Shown here in pieces: positions 19,202 through 29,372 of a stretch of DNA of 64,000 bases (position 1 is the first letter of the stretch; the number at the start of each line of letters is the position of its first letter). Origin of the DNA: an uncultured Gemmatimonadaceae bacterium (GTDB taxonomy: Bacteria > Gemmatimonadota > Gemmatimonadetes > Gemmatimonadales > Gemmatimonadaceae). Where the stretch lies: positions 35,008 to 99,007 of the forward strand of contig CAWGJO010000035.1 of NCBI GenBank assembly GCA_963822945.1, in the 5' to 3' direction. The translations under genes and the position numbers were made by a program. The notes under the pieces were generated by a model, which saw nothing but the letters and a program-made list of their open reading frames with translations, ran no database searches and was not told where the DNA came from.

Positions 19202-20584
19202 ATGACGGAATCCACGCCGCGAGAGCTGCTGGACACGTTGTTCCGCGCCGCGATCGAGGGCGCGGATCCCGGCGTCGCGACGGCCCAGGCCCTGGCGACC
19301 ATTCCCACGGCGCGCCATCAGCGGCTCTGGCTGTTCTCCTTCGGCAAGGCCGCGCATCCGATGGCGACGGCGGCGGTGGCCGCCCTTCAACGGTCGCTGC
19401 TCACCGTGGCCGGCGGACTGATCGTGGCGCCGGAGGACGCGCCCTCGCCCACGGCCAGCGTCGTCTCGCTGCGCGGCGACCATCCGGTGCCGGGCCGGCA
19501 TTCGTTCGCGGCCGCCGCACGCCTGGCCGACGCGGCCACCGGCATGCGGAGCAACGACCTCGCCATCGTGCTGATCTCGGGCGGAGCGTCCAGCCTCATC
19601 GGCGCACCGATGCGCGGCATGAGCGAGGCCGACTTCTCGCACCTGTACGAGATGCTGCTCAACAGCGGGCTCGACATCCATGCGATGAACGCCGTGCGCA
19701 AGCGCTTCTCGCGGTGGAGCGGCGGGCGGCTCGCGCTGGCGCTGGCACCGGCGGCGACGTTCTGCCTGGCCGTGTCCGACGTGGTGGGCGACGACATCTC
19801 GTCCATCGGCTCGGGGCCATGCGTGCCCGATCCGTACCGGGTGAAGGAAGTAATCGACATCCTGCAGCAAGCGCGGCTGTTCCAGCGCATCGCGCCGTCG
19901 TTCCGCGAGCACCTGACCAGTACGCAGCGCGGGCTGGTGCCGGAGACGCCGAAATCCACGCACCCGGCGTTCGCCCACGTGACCGCACGCGTGATCGTCA
20001 ACAACCGCGTGGCCCTGGACGCCGCGCAGGCCAGGGCGGCGGAGCTCGGCATCGAGCAGGTGACCGTGGCCGACGTGCCACTGGAAGGCGCGGCCGCCGA
20101 GGTCGGCGCCGCCATGGCGCGCGCCCTCATCGCCCGCCGCACCCAGGCGGGCGGCAAGGCGTCGGTGCTCATCTGCGGCGGCGAGACCACGGTGGCCGTT
20201 CCGCAGCCGATGCTGACGCCGGCCATGCGCGCGCGAAGCGAATCGGGCGCCCTGCCGCCCATCCCACAGCCGCGCGGCGGCCGGTGTCAGGAACTCGCGC
20301 TCGCCGCCGCCCAGGTGCTCTCCGAAGCGGGCGAGGCGGCGCACGGCATCACGCTGCTGGCCGCCGGCACCGACGGACGCGACGGGCCCACCGATGCGGC
20401 GGGCGCCTGCGTGGACGCGCATACCTGGGACGCCATCCGGGAGGCCGGACGCGACCCGGTGGCGGCCCTGCGGGCGCACGAATCGTACGCCGCGCTCGAC
20501 GCGGCCGGCGCCCTGTTGCGCACCGGCCCCACGGGCACGAACGTGGCCGACATCATCATCGGTCTGATCTCCGCGGCACCGTAG
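19202..20584 (+). CDS. Glycerate kinase (DUF4147/MOFRL)
   Basis: FGKAA, GDHPVP, LISGGASSL, SDVVGDD, GGETTV, GGRCQE, GTDGRDG, TGPTGTNVAD. Confidence 0.92.
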   Translation: MTESTPRELLDTLFRAAIEGADPGVATAQALATIPTARHQRLWLFSFGKAAHPMATAAVAALQRSLLTVAGGLIVAPEDAPSPTASVVSLRGDHPVPGRHSFAAAARLADAATGMRSNDLAIVLISGGASSLIGAPMRGMSEADFSHLYEMLLNSGLDIHAMNAVRKRFSRWSGGRLALALAPAATFCLAVSDVVGDDISSIGSGPCVPDPYRVKEVIDILQQARLFQRIAPSFREHLTSTQRGLVPETPKSTHPAFAHVTARVIVNNRVALDAAQARAAELGIEQVTVADVPLEGAAAEVGAAMARALIARRTQAGGKASVLICGGETTVAVPQPMLTPAMRARSESGALPPIPQPRGGRCQELALAAAQVLSEAGEAAHGITLLAAGTDGRDGPTDAAGACVDAHTWDAIREAGRDPVAALRAHESYAALDAAGALLRTGPTGTNVADIIIGLISAAP

Positions 20585-20588
20585 ACGG

Positions 20589-20628
20589 TTCACGCCGCGT
20601 TTCCCCTTCCACGCTTCACGTTTCACCC
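20589..20628 (+). repeat. Degenerate heptamer tandem repeat
   Basis: TTCACGC...TTCCCCT TCCACGC TTCACGT TTCACCC, intergenic. Confidence 0.5.
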
Positions 20629-20632
20629 CCCA

Positions 20633-21526
20633 TTGCCCCACGCCTGTCTCATCGTGAATCCGGCCGCGGGACGGGGCCGAGGCGCGAAGCTGCTGCCGAA
20701 CGTAGCGCGCGCCTTCGCGGCGCACGGCATCACCGACGTGCGCCCCACCACGGCGCCCGGCGACGAGGCGCGGCAGGTACGCGCCGCCGTGGACGACGGC
20801 GTGCAGACGATCGCCGTGCTCGGTGGCGACGGCACCTGGAGCAAGGCGGCCGCCGAGCTCGCCCGCCTCGGCGCACCCGCCCGGCTGGCGCTCCTCGCCG
20901 CCGGAACCGGCAACGACTTCGTCAAGAATCTGCCCGAGCCATCGGACGACGCCGAGGCGATGGCGCGACTGGTGGCAGGCGAGGGCGAGGAGCGCCTGGT
21001 CGACATGGCGGTGGTGGACGATCAGTGGTTTCTCAACGTGGCGGGATTCGCGTTCGACGTGGCAGTGCTGCTGCGCACCGAGCGGATGTCGTGGCTGGCC
21101 GGCACGGCGCTCTACGCCGTGGCCGCGCTCCGCGAACTGCTCGCCTATCGCGGCCTGCAGGTGTCGGTGGACGGCGGCGCTCCCGGCCGCTACCTGCTGC
21201 TGGCGTTCGCCAACGGCGCGCACTTCGGCGGCGCCTTCCACGTGGCGCCGGGCGCCCGCATCGACGACGGGATGCTCGACGCGATCGCGATTCCGGACAT
21301 CGGACGCGCCGGCCGGCCTGGGCTGCTCGCGCGGGCCGCGCGTGGCACGCACCTGCGCCACCCGCGCGTCACCAGCCGGCGAGCGCCGGCGTTCACGCTG
21401 CGCTTCGACGCGCCGCCGGTGTACGAGGCCGACGGCGAGCTCCGGCGCGCGGCCGCGGCCGAGGTGCGCGTGGAGAGCCGGCCGGGTGCGTTGCGCGTGG
21501 TCGTGCCGCGCGGCGCCGGGCGATGA
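20633..21526 (+). CDS. Diacylglycerol/lipid kinase family protein
   Basis: IVNPAAG, GGDGT, AGTGNDF, FGGAF, DGE. Confidence 0.9.
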   Translation: MPHACLIVNPAAGRGRGAKLLPNVARAFAAHGITDVRPTTAPGDEARQVRAAVDDGVQTIAVLGGDGTWSKAAAELARLGAPARLALLAAGTGNDFVKNLPEPSDDAEAMARLVAGEGEERLVDMAVVDDQWFLNVAGFAFDVAVLLRTERMSWLAGTALYAVAALRELLAYRGLQVSVDGGAPGRYLLLAFANGAHFGGAFHVAPGARIDDGMLDAIAIPDIGRAGRPGLLARAARGTHLRHPRVTSRRAPAFTLRFDAPPVYEADGELRRAAAAEVRVESRPGALRVVVPRGAGR

Positions 21527-21575
21527 TTTCGCCGGCGCCCTTCCAGCCGGTCTCCTCCGGGTACAACTTTCGCGC

Positions 21576-22505
21576 ATGAGCGCCCAGCCATTCACCATCG
21601 GCATCGTGCAGGACGCCGCCACCGCGGATGCCGCGGCCTCGACGGCGGCCACCGTCGCGCGCGTGCGCGAAGCGGCCCGCCGCGGTGCGCAGATCGTGTG
21701 CCTCAAGGAGCTGTTCAACGCGCCGTACTTCTGCAAGGTGGAGCACGCCGAACGGTTCGACCTGGCCGAACCGATTCCAGGACCCACCACCGACGCCATG
21801 CAGGCGCTGGCCCGGGAACTCGAGATCGTGCTCGTCGTGCCGCTGTTCGAACGGCAGGGACCGGGGGTGTACCGCAACTCGGCCGCGGTCATCGACGCCG
21901 ACGGCGCACTGCTCGGCGTGTACCGCAAGATGCACATCCCCGACGATCCGCTCTTCCTGGAGAAGTACTACTTCGCACCAGGCGACGGCACGCCCGACCC
22001 GGCGCTCGCCGCCGACCGCGTGGCGCAGGCCACCGGCTTCAAGGTCTGGAAGACCCGCTACGCCAACATCGGCGTCCTCATCTGCTGGGACCAGTGGTAT
22101 CCCGAAGCCGCGCGCATCACGGCGCTGCTCGGCGCCGACGTGCTCTTCTACCCGACCGCCATCGGCTGGCACCCCGCCGAGAAGGCCGAGTTCGGCCAGG
22201 CTCAGGTGGACGCATGGCGCACGGCGCAGCGCGCGCACGCCATCGCCAACGGCGTCTACGTGGCGTCGCCCAACCGCGTCGGGTTCGAGGCCGAACCGGG
22301 CACCGACGGACTGGAATTCTTCGGCCACTCGTTCATCAGCGATCCCTTCGGTCGCCTCATCGCCGACGCCGGCACCGACCCCGACGTCCTGATCGCGACC
22401 TGCGATCCCGGCGTCATCGAGGACACCCGGCGGAACTGGCCCTTCTTCCGCGACCGCCGCATCGATGCCTACGCCCCGATCCTCCAACGCTACCTCGGCG
22501 CGTAA
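21576..22505 (+). CDS. aguB: N-carbamoylputrescine amidase
   Basis: ELFNAPYFC, YRKMHIPDDP, EKYYF, ICWDQWYPE, YPTAIGW; adjacent to agmatine deiminase. Confidence 0.88.
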   Translation: MSAQPFTIGIVQDAATADAAASTAATVARVREAARRGAQIVCLKELFNAPYFCKVEHAERFDLAEPIPGPTTDAMQALARELEIVLVVPLFERQGPGVYRNSAAVIDADGALLGVYRKMHIPDDPLFLEKYYFAPGDGTPDPALAADRVAQATGFKVWKTRYANIGVLICWDQWYPEAARITALLGADVLFYPTAIGWHPAEKAEFGQAQVDAWRTAQRAHAIANGVYVASPNRVGFEAEPGTDGLEFFGHSFISDPFGRLIADAGTDPDVLIATCDPGVIEDTRRNWPFFRDRRIDAYAPILQRYLGA

Positions 22506-23556
22506 GCGCGCCGCGTCGCCCCCCCCGCGCCGGTTCCCCGCCGAGTGGGAGCCGCACGCGGCCACGTGGATCGCGTGGCCGCATCACGAGCCCGACTGGC
22601 CGGGCAAGCTCGACGCGATTCACTGGGTGTACGCCGAGATCGGCCGCGTGCTCGCCGCGCACGAGCCCCTGCAGATCCTCTGCCACGACGACGACGTGCG
22701 CGCGCGCGCGCAATCCTGCCTCGCCGCGCACGGCGTGACCGCGAACGTTCAGCTGCACGTCGTCCCCACCGACCGGGTCTGGCTCCGTGATTCGGCGCCG
22801 ACGACGGTGCTGCACCCCGACGGCAACGTCGAACTGGTGTCCTGGCAATTCAACGCGTGGGCCAAGTACGACAACTACGCGCTCGACCGCGAGGTGGGCG
22901 CCGCCATCGCGCGGCTCACGGGACTCCCGCGGGCCCACGCGCTCCGTCCCGACGGCACGCCGATGGTGCTCGAGGGCGGCGCCATCGACACCGACGGACA
23001 GGGCACGCTGCTGGTGACCGAGGAGTGCCTGCTGTCCGACGTTCAGGCGCGCAATCCCGGCATGACGCGGGCCGACTACGAGCGGGCGTTCGGCGAATGG
23101 CTCGGCATCCACAAGACCATCTGGCTGGGCGAGGGATGCGTGGGCGACGATACGCACGGCCACGTGGACGACATCGCGCGCTTCGCGGCGCACGACGTGG
23201 TGGTCCTGGCGTACGAAGAGGATCCCGCCGACGAGAACCACCGCCGGTCGAAGGACAACTTCAAGCGCCTGCAGGCGGCCGGCGGCCGGAAGGGCGACTT
23301 CACCGTCGTCCGGTTGCCCTACCCGCGGGCGGTGATGATGAACGGCGAGCGCCTGCCGGCGAGTTATGCGAACTTCTACATCGCCAACGGCGTCGTGATC
23401 GTCCCGACATTCAACGACGTCAACGATCGCGTGGCGCTGAACGTCCTCGGCGAAGTATTCCCCAATCACCAGGTGGTCGGCATCCACGCCGTGGACCTGG
23501 TGTGGGGACTCGGCACCCTGCACTGCCTCACGCAGCAGGAGACGCGCGCGCAGTGA
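22465..23556 (+). CDS. aguA: Agmatine deiminase (start uncertain)
   Basis: PAEWEPH, WLRD, LEGG, DDTHGHVD, ASYANFY, GTLHCLTQQ. Confidence 0.9.
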   Translation: MPTPRSSNATSARKRAASPPPRRFPAEWEPHAATWIAWPHHEPDWPGKLDAIHWVYAEIGRVLAAHEPLQILCHDDDVRARAQSCLAAHGVTANVQLHVVPTDRVWLRDSAPTTVLHPDGNVELVSWQFNAWAKYDNYALDREVGAAIARLTGLPRAHALRPDGTPMVLEGGAIDTDGQGTLLVTEECLLSDVQARNPGMTRADYERAFGEWLGIHKTIWLGEGCVGDDTHGHVDDIARFAAHDVVVLAYEEDPADENHRRSKDNFKRLQAAGGRKGDFTVVRLPYPRAVMMNGERLPASYANFYIANGVVIVPTFNDVNDRVALNVLGEVFPNHQVVGIHAVDLVWGLGTLHCLTQQETRAQ

Positions 23557-23723
23557 GGTGACGCCGGTGTGCGGCGCATCACCAGCCGGCGAATTCGCCC
23601 GTGCCGTGGCGCGGCAACTTCGTTACATTTGGGCGCGTTCCGGCGTTGCCTTCTGGTCCGCCCGTCCGTCGATGGCGACGACGCCATGCTTCACGCTCTC
23701 CTTTCGTCGTCTCCCCACCTCTC

Positions 23724-24818
23724 GTGAAACAGTTCTTCACTCTGGCTGGTCTGTTCCTGTTGGCTTGCGGCGGGCCCTCCTCCGGCACCGCCGTCCAGTT
23801 CGGGGCAGCGGGACCATGGAAGCAGGCATACGGCGCCATGAACCGGCGCGGCATGGAACTCGCCTACGACCAGATCAAGGCCCGCAGCGACTACGCTCAG
23901 CACCCCATCGAAATCGACTGGGAAGACGACGCGGCGGACGGGCAGAAGGCGACGACGATCGCCGGCCAGTTCGTGGCAAACCCGTCCGTGGTGGCGGTCA
24001 TCGGCCATGTGAATTCCGGCACCGAGGTGGCGGCCGCCAAGGTATACGACGCGGGCCATCTGGTCTCGATGGCCACCACGGCCACCTCGCCGGCCCTCAC
24101 CGGCATCTCGCCGTGGGTGTTTCGTGTCATCTCCAGCGATTCGATGAACGGCCTCCACATGGCGCAGTTCGCGAGCAGCCGGCTGGGCAAGCGGCGGGCC
24201 GCGGTGCTCTATGAGAACGACGCGTACGGGCGCGGGCTGGCCGACGCTTTCCGTCGCAACTTCAGCGGCACGGTGGTGGCGTTCGACCCGATCGCCGAAG
24301 GACCGCAGAACTTCGAGCCGTACGTGGCCTATCTGAAAACGCTCGACCCGGACCTCGTATTCGTGGCCGGCACCGACGCCTCAGGCCTCGATTTCCTGAA
24401 GGAGTTCCGGCGTCAGAAGCTCACCGCCACGTTGCTCGGCGGCGACGGCTGGACCACTCTCTCGGCCGACACCGCGCTGGCCGAGGGGGTCTATGTGGGC
24501 GCGCCGTTCAGCGCCGAGAATCCGGCGCCGGCCGTGCAGAAGTTCGTCCAGGAGTTCCGGGCCAAGTACAACCTCACCCCCGACGGCAACGCGGCGCTCG
24601 GCTACGATGCCACCAACCTGCTGTACTATGCACTCACCAGGGTGGGGCCCGACCGCGAGAAGATCCGCGATTTCCTGGCCAAGCTCAACCGGTCCACGGC
24701 CTGGAAGGGCGTCACGGGGAACATCTACTTCGGCGCCAACGGCGACCCCGTCGGCAAGAGCGTGGTGATGACGATGATTCACCACGGGGCGCTCCAGGTC
24801 GTAGAGGGCACGCCATGA
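23724..24818 (+). CDS. LivJ/K-like periplasmic binding lipoprotein
   Basis: Lipobox FLLAC after GTG 23724; [33 protein letters not shown]. Confidence 0.88.
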   Translation: MKQFFTLAGLFLLACGGPSSGTAVQFGAAGPWKQAYGAMNRRGMELAYDQIKARSDYAQHPIEIDWEDDAADGQKATTIAGQFVANPSVVAVIGHVNSGTEVAAAKVYDAGHLVSMATTATSPALTGISPWVFRVISSDSMNGLHMAQFASSRLGKRRAAVLYENDAYGRGLADAFRRNFSGTVVAFDPIAEGPQNFEPYVAYLKTLDPDLVFVAGTDASGLDFLKEFRRQKLTATLLGGDGWTTLSADTALAEGVYVGAPFSAENPAPAVQKFVQEFRAKYNLTPDGNAALGYDATNLLYYALTRVGPDREKIRDFLAKLNRSTAWKGVTGNIYFGANGDPVGKSVVMTMIHHGALQVVEGTP

Positions 24819-26527
24819 ACGTCGCCGTGGGGCCACTCGGCACCATCCGCGGACGCCTCTGGGTCGGGTTCGGCTTTCTCGTCACGCTGCTCGTGATCGC
24901 CGGCGCCGTGGCGCGCAGTTCCATGGGTACGCTGGCCGACACGATGACGTCGACGCTCACCTCGGTGCAGGAGGAGTCGCACCTCGCCTCGCAGCTCTCC
25001 GGCGCCGTGGCGCAGACACTCGAGGCCGGCGCCCAGTACGTCCAGACGCGCGACTCCACCGCCGAACGCATCTTCCGCGACCAGGGCTGGACGGCGCACA
25101 CCATCCAGCGCGAGATGAACGACCGGCCCGGCCAGACCGCCGAGGAGATCGGCGTGCTGGCGGCCATCGACGCGCAACTCTCCGATCTCGAGGTGAAGTA
25201 CACGCTCGCCCACCGGCTGGCCGACCTCGGCCGCATGCCGGAGGCGCGCGCCGCCGCCGCGCGCGCATACGCCGTGGTCGATCCGCTGCTCACCAGCATC
25301 AACCGCCTGGCGCAGCTCAAGGCGCGGAAGGTCGCGGCGGCATCGACGCACCTGGCCGCCGAGACGAGACGCCGCGCCACCCTCATGCTCGGGCTCATCG
25401 GGCTGGCCCTGGTGATCGGCGTGACGGTCGTGGTGCTCACCGTGTCGTCGGTGAGCCGCCCGCTCAACGCCCTGCTCGCGCACGCCGACCGGCTGAGCCA
25501 CGGCGACCTGACGGCGCGCACCACGGCCGCGATGCCGGGCGAGTTCCAGATCCTGGCCGACGCCATGAACCGCACCGGCGATTCCCTGTCGCGCGTGGTG
25601 GCCGCCGCGGCCCGTACCTCGGAGAGCGTCTCCAGTTCGGCGCACCAGCTGTCGTCGGTGTCCGAGGAGATCGCCGTGTCGGCGGGCCACATGGCGAACG
25701 CGATGGCCGAAGTGTCGCACGGCGCCGAGACACAGGTGCACCAGCTCCACGAGGTGGACGAGACGCTGACCGCCGTGCGCAACACGTCGGGCGAGGTGAA
25801 GGCCCGCGCCGACGAGGTCCAGGAGCTGGCGGCCAACATCGAGCGCTCGGCCGGCGAGAAGCGCGTCGAGATCGAACGGGCGCTGGGCATCCTGGCCGAC
25901 GTGAAGACGAGCGTGGAGCAGGCGGCCGCCGAGGTGGCGGCCCTCACCACCGCCGCCGCCGACATCACGCGGTTCGTGCACTCGGTGAGCCAGATCGCCG
26001 AGCAGACCAACCTGCTGGCGTTGAACGCGGCCATCGAGGCCGCCCGCGCCGGCGAGGCCGGCCGCGGGTTCGCCGTCGTGGCCGACGAGGTCCGCAAGCT
26101 CGCCGAGCAGTCGCAGAAGGCCGCGCAGGACGTGGTGCAGATCACCGGCCACGTGACCACGCGCGTGGCCACCAGCGCCAGGGCCATGGAATCGGGCGCC
26201 CTGCGCGTGGTGGAGATCGAACGGGTGTCGCGGGAGATCGACGACGCCCTGCAGATCATCACCGACGCCGCGGGCCGTACGCGCAGTGCGGCGAGCGGCG
26301 TGTCGAAGGCGGCCCAGCAGAACGCGGGCGCCGTGGCCAGCGCCAGCGCCGGGCTCGACGCCATCGCCAAGACCGCCGAGAACCACGCCGCCGCCGCCGA
26401 GGAGGTCAATGCCTCCACCGAGGAACAGAGTGCGGCGTGCGAGGAGATGACCTCGGCCAGCAACGTGCTCCTGCAGGAGAGCACGCAGTTGAAGGATCTG
26501 GTCGGGGGACTCAAGACGGGGGCCTAG
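24815..26527 (+). CDS. Methyl-accepting chemotaxis protein
   Basis: Two TMs, [42 protein letters not shown]. Confidence 0.95.
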   Translation: MNVAVGPLGTIRGRLWVGFGFLVTLLVIAGAVARSSMGTLADTMTSTLTSVQEESHLASQLSGAVAQTLEAGAQYVQTRDSTAERIFRDQGWTAHTIQREMNDRPGQTAEEIGVLAAIDAQLSDLEVKYTLAHRLADLGRMPEARAAAARAYAVVDPLLTSINRLAQLKARKVAAASTHLAAETRRRATLMLGLIGLALVIGVTVVVLTVSSVSRPLNALLAHADRLSHGDLTARTTAAMPGEFQILADAMNRTGDSLSRVVAAAARTSESVSSSAHQLSSVSEEIAVSAGHMANAMAEVSHGAETQVHQLHEVDETLTAVRNTSGEVKARADEVQELAANIERSAGEKRVEIERALGILADVKTSVEQAAAEVAALTTAAADITRFVHSVSQIAEQTNLLALNAAIEAARAGEAGRGFAVVADEVRKLAEQSQKAAQDVVQITGHVTTRVATSARAMESGALRVVEIERVSREIDDALQIITDAAGRTRSAASGVSKAAQQNAGAVASASAGLDAIAKTAENHAAAAEEVNASTEEQSAACEEMTSASNVLLQESTQLKDLVGGLKTGA

Positions 26528-26529
26528 GC

Positions 26530-27339
26530 GTGGCAGCGCGCCGTGTGGCCGGGGTCGTGCGGCGCATCTTCCAGCGGTGCGCGCCCGCCACATATCTCGC
26601 ACTCTCGTCGGCCCGCGCGCGCCGACACACCCACCGCATGTTCGCCGGCTGGGGATGCCCCGCCCTCAACGACGCGCTGGTCGCGCATCTCGGCCGCGAG
26701 GTGGTCGACGGCCCGTTCGCGGGGCTGCGGCTGCCGCCGCTCGCCTTCCGCGATCACATCGGCCCGTATCTCCTCGGCACGTACGAGCACGAGCTGCACG
26801 CCACCTGGCGGGCGCTCGAGCACGTTCGGTTCTCGACGATCGTCGACGTCGGTTCGCGCTTCGGGTTCTATGCCGTGGGGCTCGCCCGCCGCCACCCACG
26901 CACGCCGGTGATCGCCGTCGATCCCGATCGCTGGGCGCGCGCTGCCACGCGCCAGATGGCGGCCGTGAACAACACGCCCCAGGTACACACGATCCGCCGC
27001 CTGACCCCCGAACGGCTGGCGTCGATGCTGCCCGAAGATGCCCTCGTGGTGAGCGATTGCGAGGGATACGAACGCGTGCTCTTCGGCGGGCGGGAGATCC
27101 CCGCGCTGCGTTCGGCGACGATGGTGATCGAGACCCACGAGACCGAGTCGCCCGGCGTCGGCGAGGCGATCGTCGCGCGGTTCGCCCCCACGCACGACGT
27201 GCAGCGCATCGCCTCCGATCCGGTGCTGCCGCCCGCGCCCGTGGACCTGTCGTTCCTCGATGCCGACGGCCAGCGATTGGCCGTCAACGAACTGCGCCTG
27301 CCGCAGGAGTGGCTGGTGCTGCGGCCGCGGCACGGGTGA
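26530..27339 (+). CDS. FkbM-like SAM methyltransferase
   Basis: GPFAGL, LGTYEHEL, VDVGSRFGFY, SDCEGYE. Confidence 0.7.
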   Translation: MAARRVAGVVRRIFQRCAPATYLALSSARARRHTHRMFAGWGCPALNDALVAHLGREVVDGPFAGLRLPPLAFRDHIGPYLLGTYEHELHATWRALEHVRFSTIVDVGSRFGFYAVGLARRHPRTPVIAVDPDRWARAATRQMAAVNNTPQVHTIRRLTPERLASMLPEDALVVSDCEGYERVLFGGREIPALRSATMVIETHETESPGVGEAIVARFAPTHDVQRIASDPVLPPAPVDLSFLDADGQRLAVNELRLPQEWLVLRPRHG

Positions 27340-27346
27340 ACGCAGC

Positions 27347-27383
27347 AGGAGCCGCGGGCCTCGCACGGCCCGCGGCTCCTTTC
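27347..27383. terminator. Hairpin terminator between convergent genes
   Basis: AGGAGCCGCGGGCC-N6-GGCCCGCGGCTCCT perfect 14-bp stem followed by TT. Confidence 0.7.
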
Positions 27384-27408
27384 GATGCTGCGTTGGGACG
27401 GCGGACGA

Positions 27409-29151
27409 TCAGAAGCCGCCGGTGCCCCCCGTGAGCGGCGCCCCGTTGTTCACGCAGCGCTGGTGCGGATCGGCGGGCACGACGCCGTCCACCTTCACGC
27501 GGTGGTCGAGGTCCGCCACGTCCACTGCCACGTCGAACACCAGCTGACTGACGCGGGCCATGTGCGGATAGTCGATGTACTCGGGCTCGTCGGTCACCTG
27601 GTGGTAGTCGCCGTGGAGCCCCGTGGTGAAGAAGGTGATGGGGATGCCGTAGCGCGCATAGTTGTAGTGATCGCTGCGGCAATAGATGTTGTCGGCCTGC
27701 CCGGGCGCGTCGTACCGGTAGTCGAAGGTGAAGGGCATCTTCTCCGTCTTGTTCACCGATTCGACCATGTCGCCCAGTTCGGTGGACAGGCGGTGCGAGC
27801 CGACGAGCTGCAGATACGTCGGACTGCCCACCGGCAGATCGCTCGCGTCGCCGCGGCCGTCCATGTCGATGTTGAGCTGCGCGACGATCGAGTCACGCGG
27901 CACGGTGGGATGGTCGGTGAACCACGACGATCCCCAGAGTCCCTTCTCCTCACCCACGTGCCAGACGAAGATGATCGACCGCTTGGGCTTCACCGGGCCC
28001 TTGGCGAACGCCTCGGCAATCTCGAGCACGCTCACCGAGCCCGACCCGTCGTCGTCGGCGCCGTTGCTGATCGAGTCGCGACGCACGGGGCGCAGCTGGC
28101 GGACGCTGTCGAGATTGATGTGGATGTTCGCGAGCGCCTGCTCCTGCTCGGCCGTCGGGCGTTCGCCGCGGGCCAGCATGCCGGTGATCGCGTAGCGGGC
28201 GGCGTTGTAGAGGTGGAGCGAGTCGTGATCCACCGGCGGTCCCTGGCGGATGCCGATATGATCGTTGTGGGCGCCGATGGCCACATACTCGCCGCGCAGC
28301 GCCGGATCGGAGCCTCGCAGGATGGCCACGACGTTGCGGGCCGGCGCCGGCTTCTCCACGTAGCGTGGATTGCCGCTCACCGTCTTGCCGACCATGCCCT
28401 TGGTGGCCCGCGCCACCGGCACGCCGAGCAGCACCTGCGCCGCGTGCGCGCTGATGGTCAGGTTGGCTGCGGTCTCGGGCGCCGGCGCCGTATCCGGGTT
28501 CTTGAAGATCACGTTGCCCGGGCGCGGGCGCGCCGCGCGAACTGCCGCCGTCCACGCTTCGCCGGTTTCCACCGTGGCGATGCCGGCCGCCTCGGCCAGG
28601 GGGTTGGCGCCACCGCGCCCACGGCCCCGGAAGCCGAACCCGCGGCCCCGGCCACGCTGGCCCGGCCGCGCCGTCAGGATCACCAGCTTGCCGCGCACCT
28701 GGTCGGCGGTGAGCTCGTGGACCGTATCGCCCTGTTCGCCGCCGAAGATCACCTGCGCGCCGTCGATGCTCCGCGGATCGCCGCCCCGGCCCGGCGTGGC
28801 GACGAAGTCGCTGAACGCCGCCAGCCTCACGCCGCCCACCGAGAGCGCCGAGTTGGGATCGAGCGAGCGCTGGAAGACAGGCAGATTCTGGAAGTAGGTG
28901 CCGTTGTCGCCCGCCGGTTCGAGCCCCATGGCCTTCACCTGCGCGGCGATGTACGCCGTGCTCTTCAGGTGGCCGATGGTGCCCGTCTCGCGCCCCTGCA
29001 TGGAGTCGTCCGCGAAGATGTACAGGCGGGTCATGAGGTCGGAGGCCGAAATCGCCGCCGTAGTGGGCTGTGCCTTGTGCTTGAGCGGCAGCTGCTGCGC
29101 CGCGAGGGCGGCCGGGAGCGCCAGCAGAAGCGCACAGCCGCGCCGGATCAT
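27409..29151 (-). CDS. Exported M28 family metallopeptidase
   Basis: Signal peptide, DDSMQGR, GAHNDH, NGADDDGSG, GEEKGLWGS, NIDM, RSDH, DYHQ. Confidence 0.9.
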   Translation of the reverse strand: MIRRGCALLLALPAALAAQQLPLKHKAQPTTAAISASDLMTRLYIFADDSMQGRETGTIGHLKSTAYIAAQVKAMGLEPAGDNGTYFQNLPVFQRSLDPNSALSVGGVRLAAFSDFVATPGRGGDPRSIDGAQVIFGGEQGDTVHELTADQVRGKLVILTARPGQRGRGRGFGFRGRGRGGANPLAEAAGIATVETGEAWTAAVRAARPRPGNVIFKNPDTAPAPETAANLTISAHAAQVLLGVPVARATKGMVGKTVSGNPRYVEKPAPARNVVAILRGSDPALRGEYVAIGAHNDHIGIRQGPPVDHDSLHLYNAARYAITGMLARGERPTAEQEQALANIHINLDSVRQLRPVRRDSISNGADDDGSGSVSVLEIAEAFAKGPVKPKRSIIFVWHVGEEKGLWGSSWFTDHPTVPRDSIVAQLNIDMDGRGDASDLPVGSPTYLQLVGSHRLSTELGDMVESVNKTEKMPFTFDYRYDAPGQADNIYCRSDHYNYARYGIPITFFTTGLHGDYHQVTDEPEYIDYPHMARVSQLVFDVAVDVADLDHRVKVDGVVPADPHQRCVNNGAPLTGGTGGF

Positions 29152-29243
29152 GGAATGGGAGGTCACGGGGGGTTCCGTTGAAGAGGTGGGGTCCAGACTC
29201 ATCTGGTCTACGCGTGGGGCGCGCGGGATGCTGAACAACAGTG

Positions 29244-29358
29244 GGTCGGTAGGTCGGTAGGTCGGTATGTCGGTATGTTTGGGACGTGGCCGCGCCACCG
29301 ACCTACCGACCTACCGTCCTACCGACCTACCGTCACCGACCTACCGACTTACCGCCTT
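29244..29358. repeat. Inverted pair of octamer tandem arrays (GGTCGGTA x4 / ACCGACCT x~8)
   Basis: Left array 29244-29275, right array 29297-29358, mutually reverse-complementary. Confidence 0.9.
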
Positions 29359-29372
29359 CCCAGCAGGCAGCC

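Noticed and set aside
18326..21937. 1203-aa minus-strand ORF and similar long antisense ORFs (e.g. 12284-15094, 15531-17576)
   Set aside because: Shadow frames of real genes in high-GC DNA; no recognisable motifs.
29244..29358. CRISPR array
   Set aside because: 8-bp units without spacers and no cas genes.
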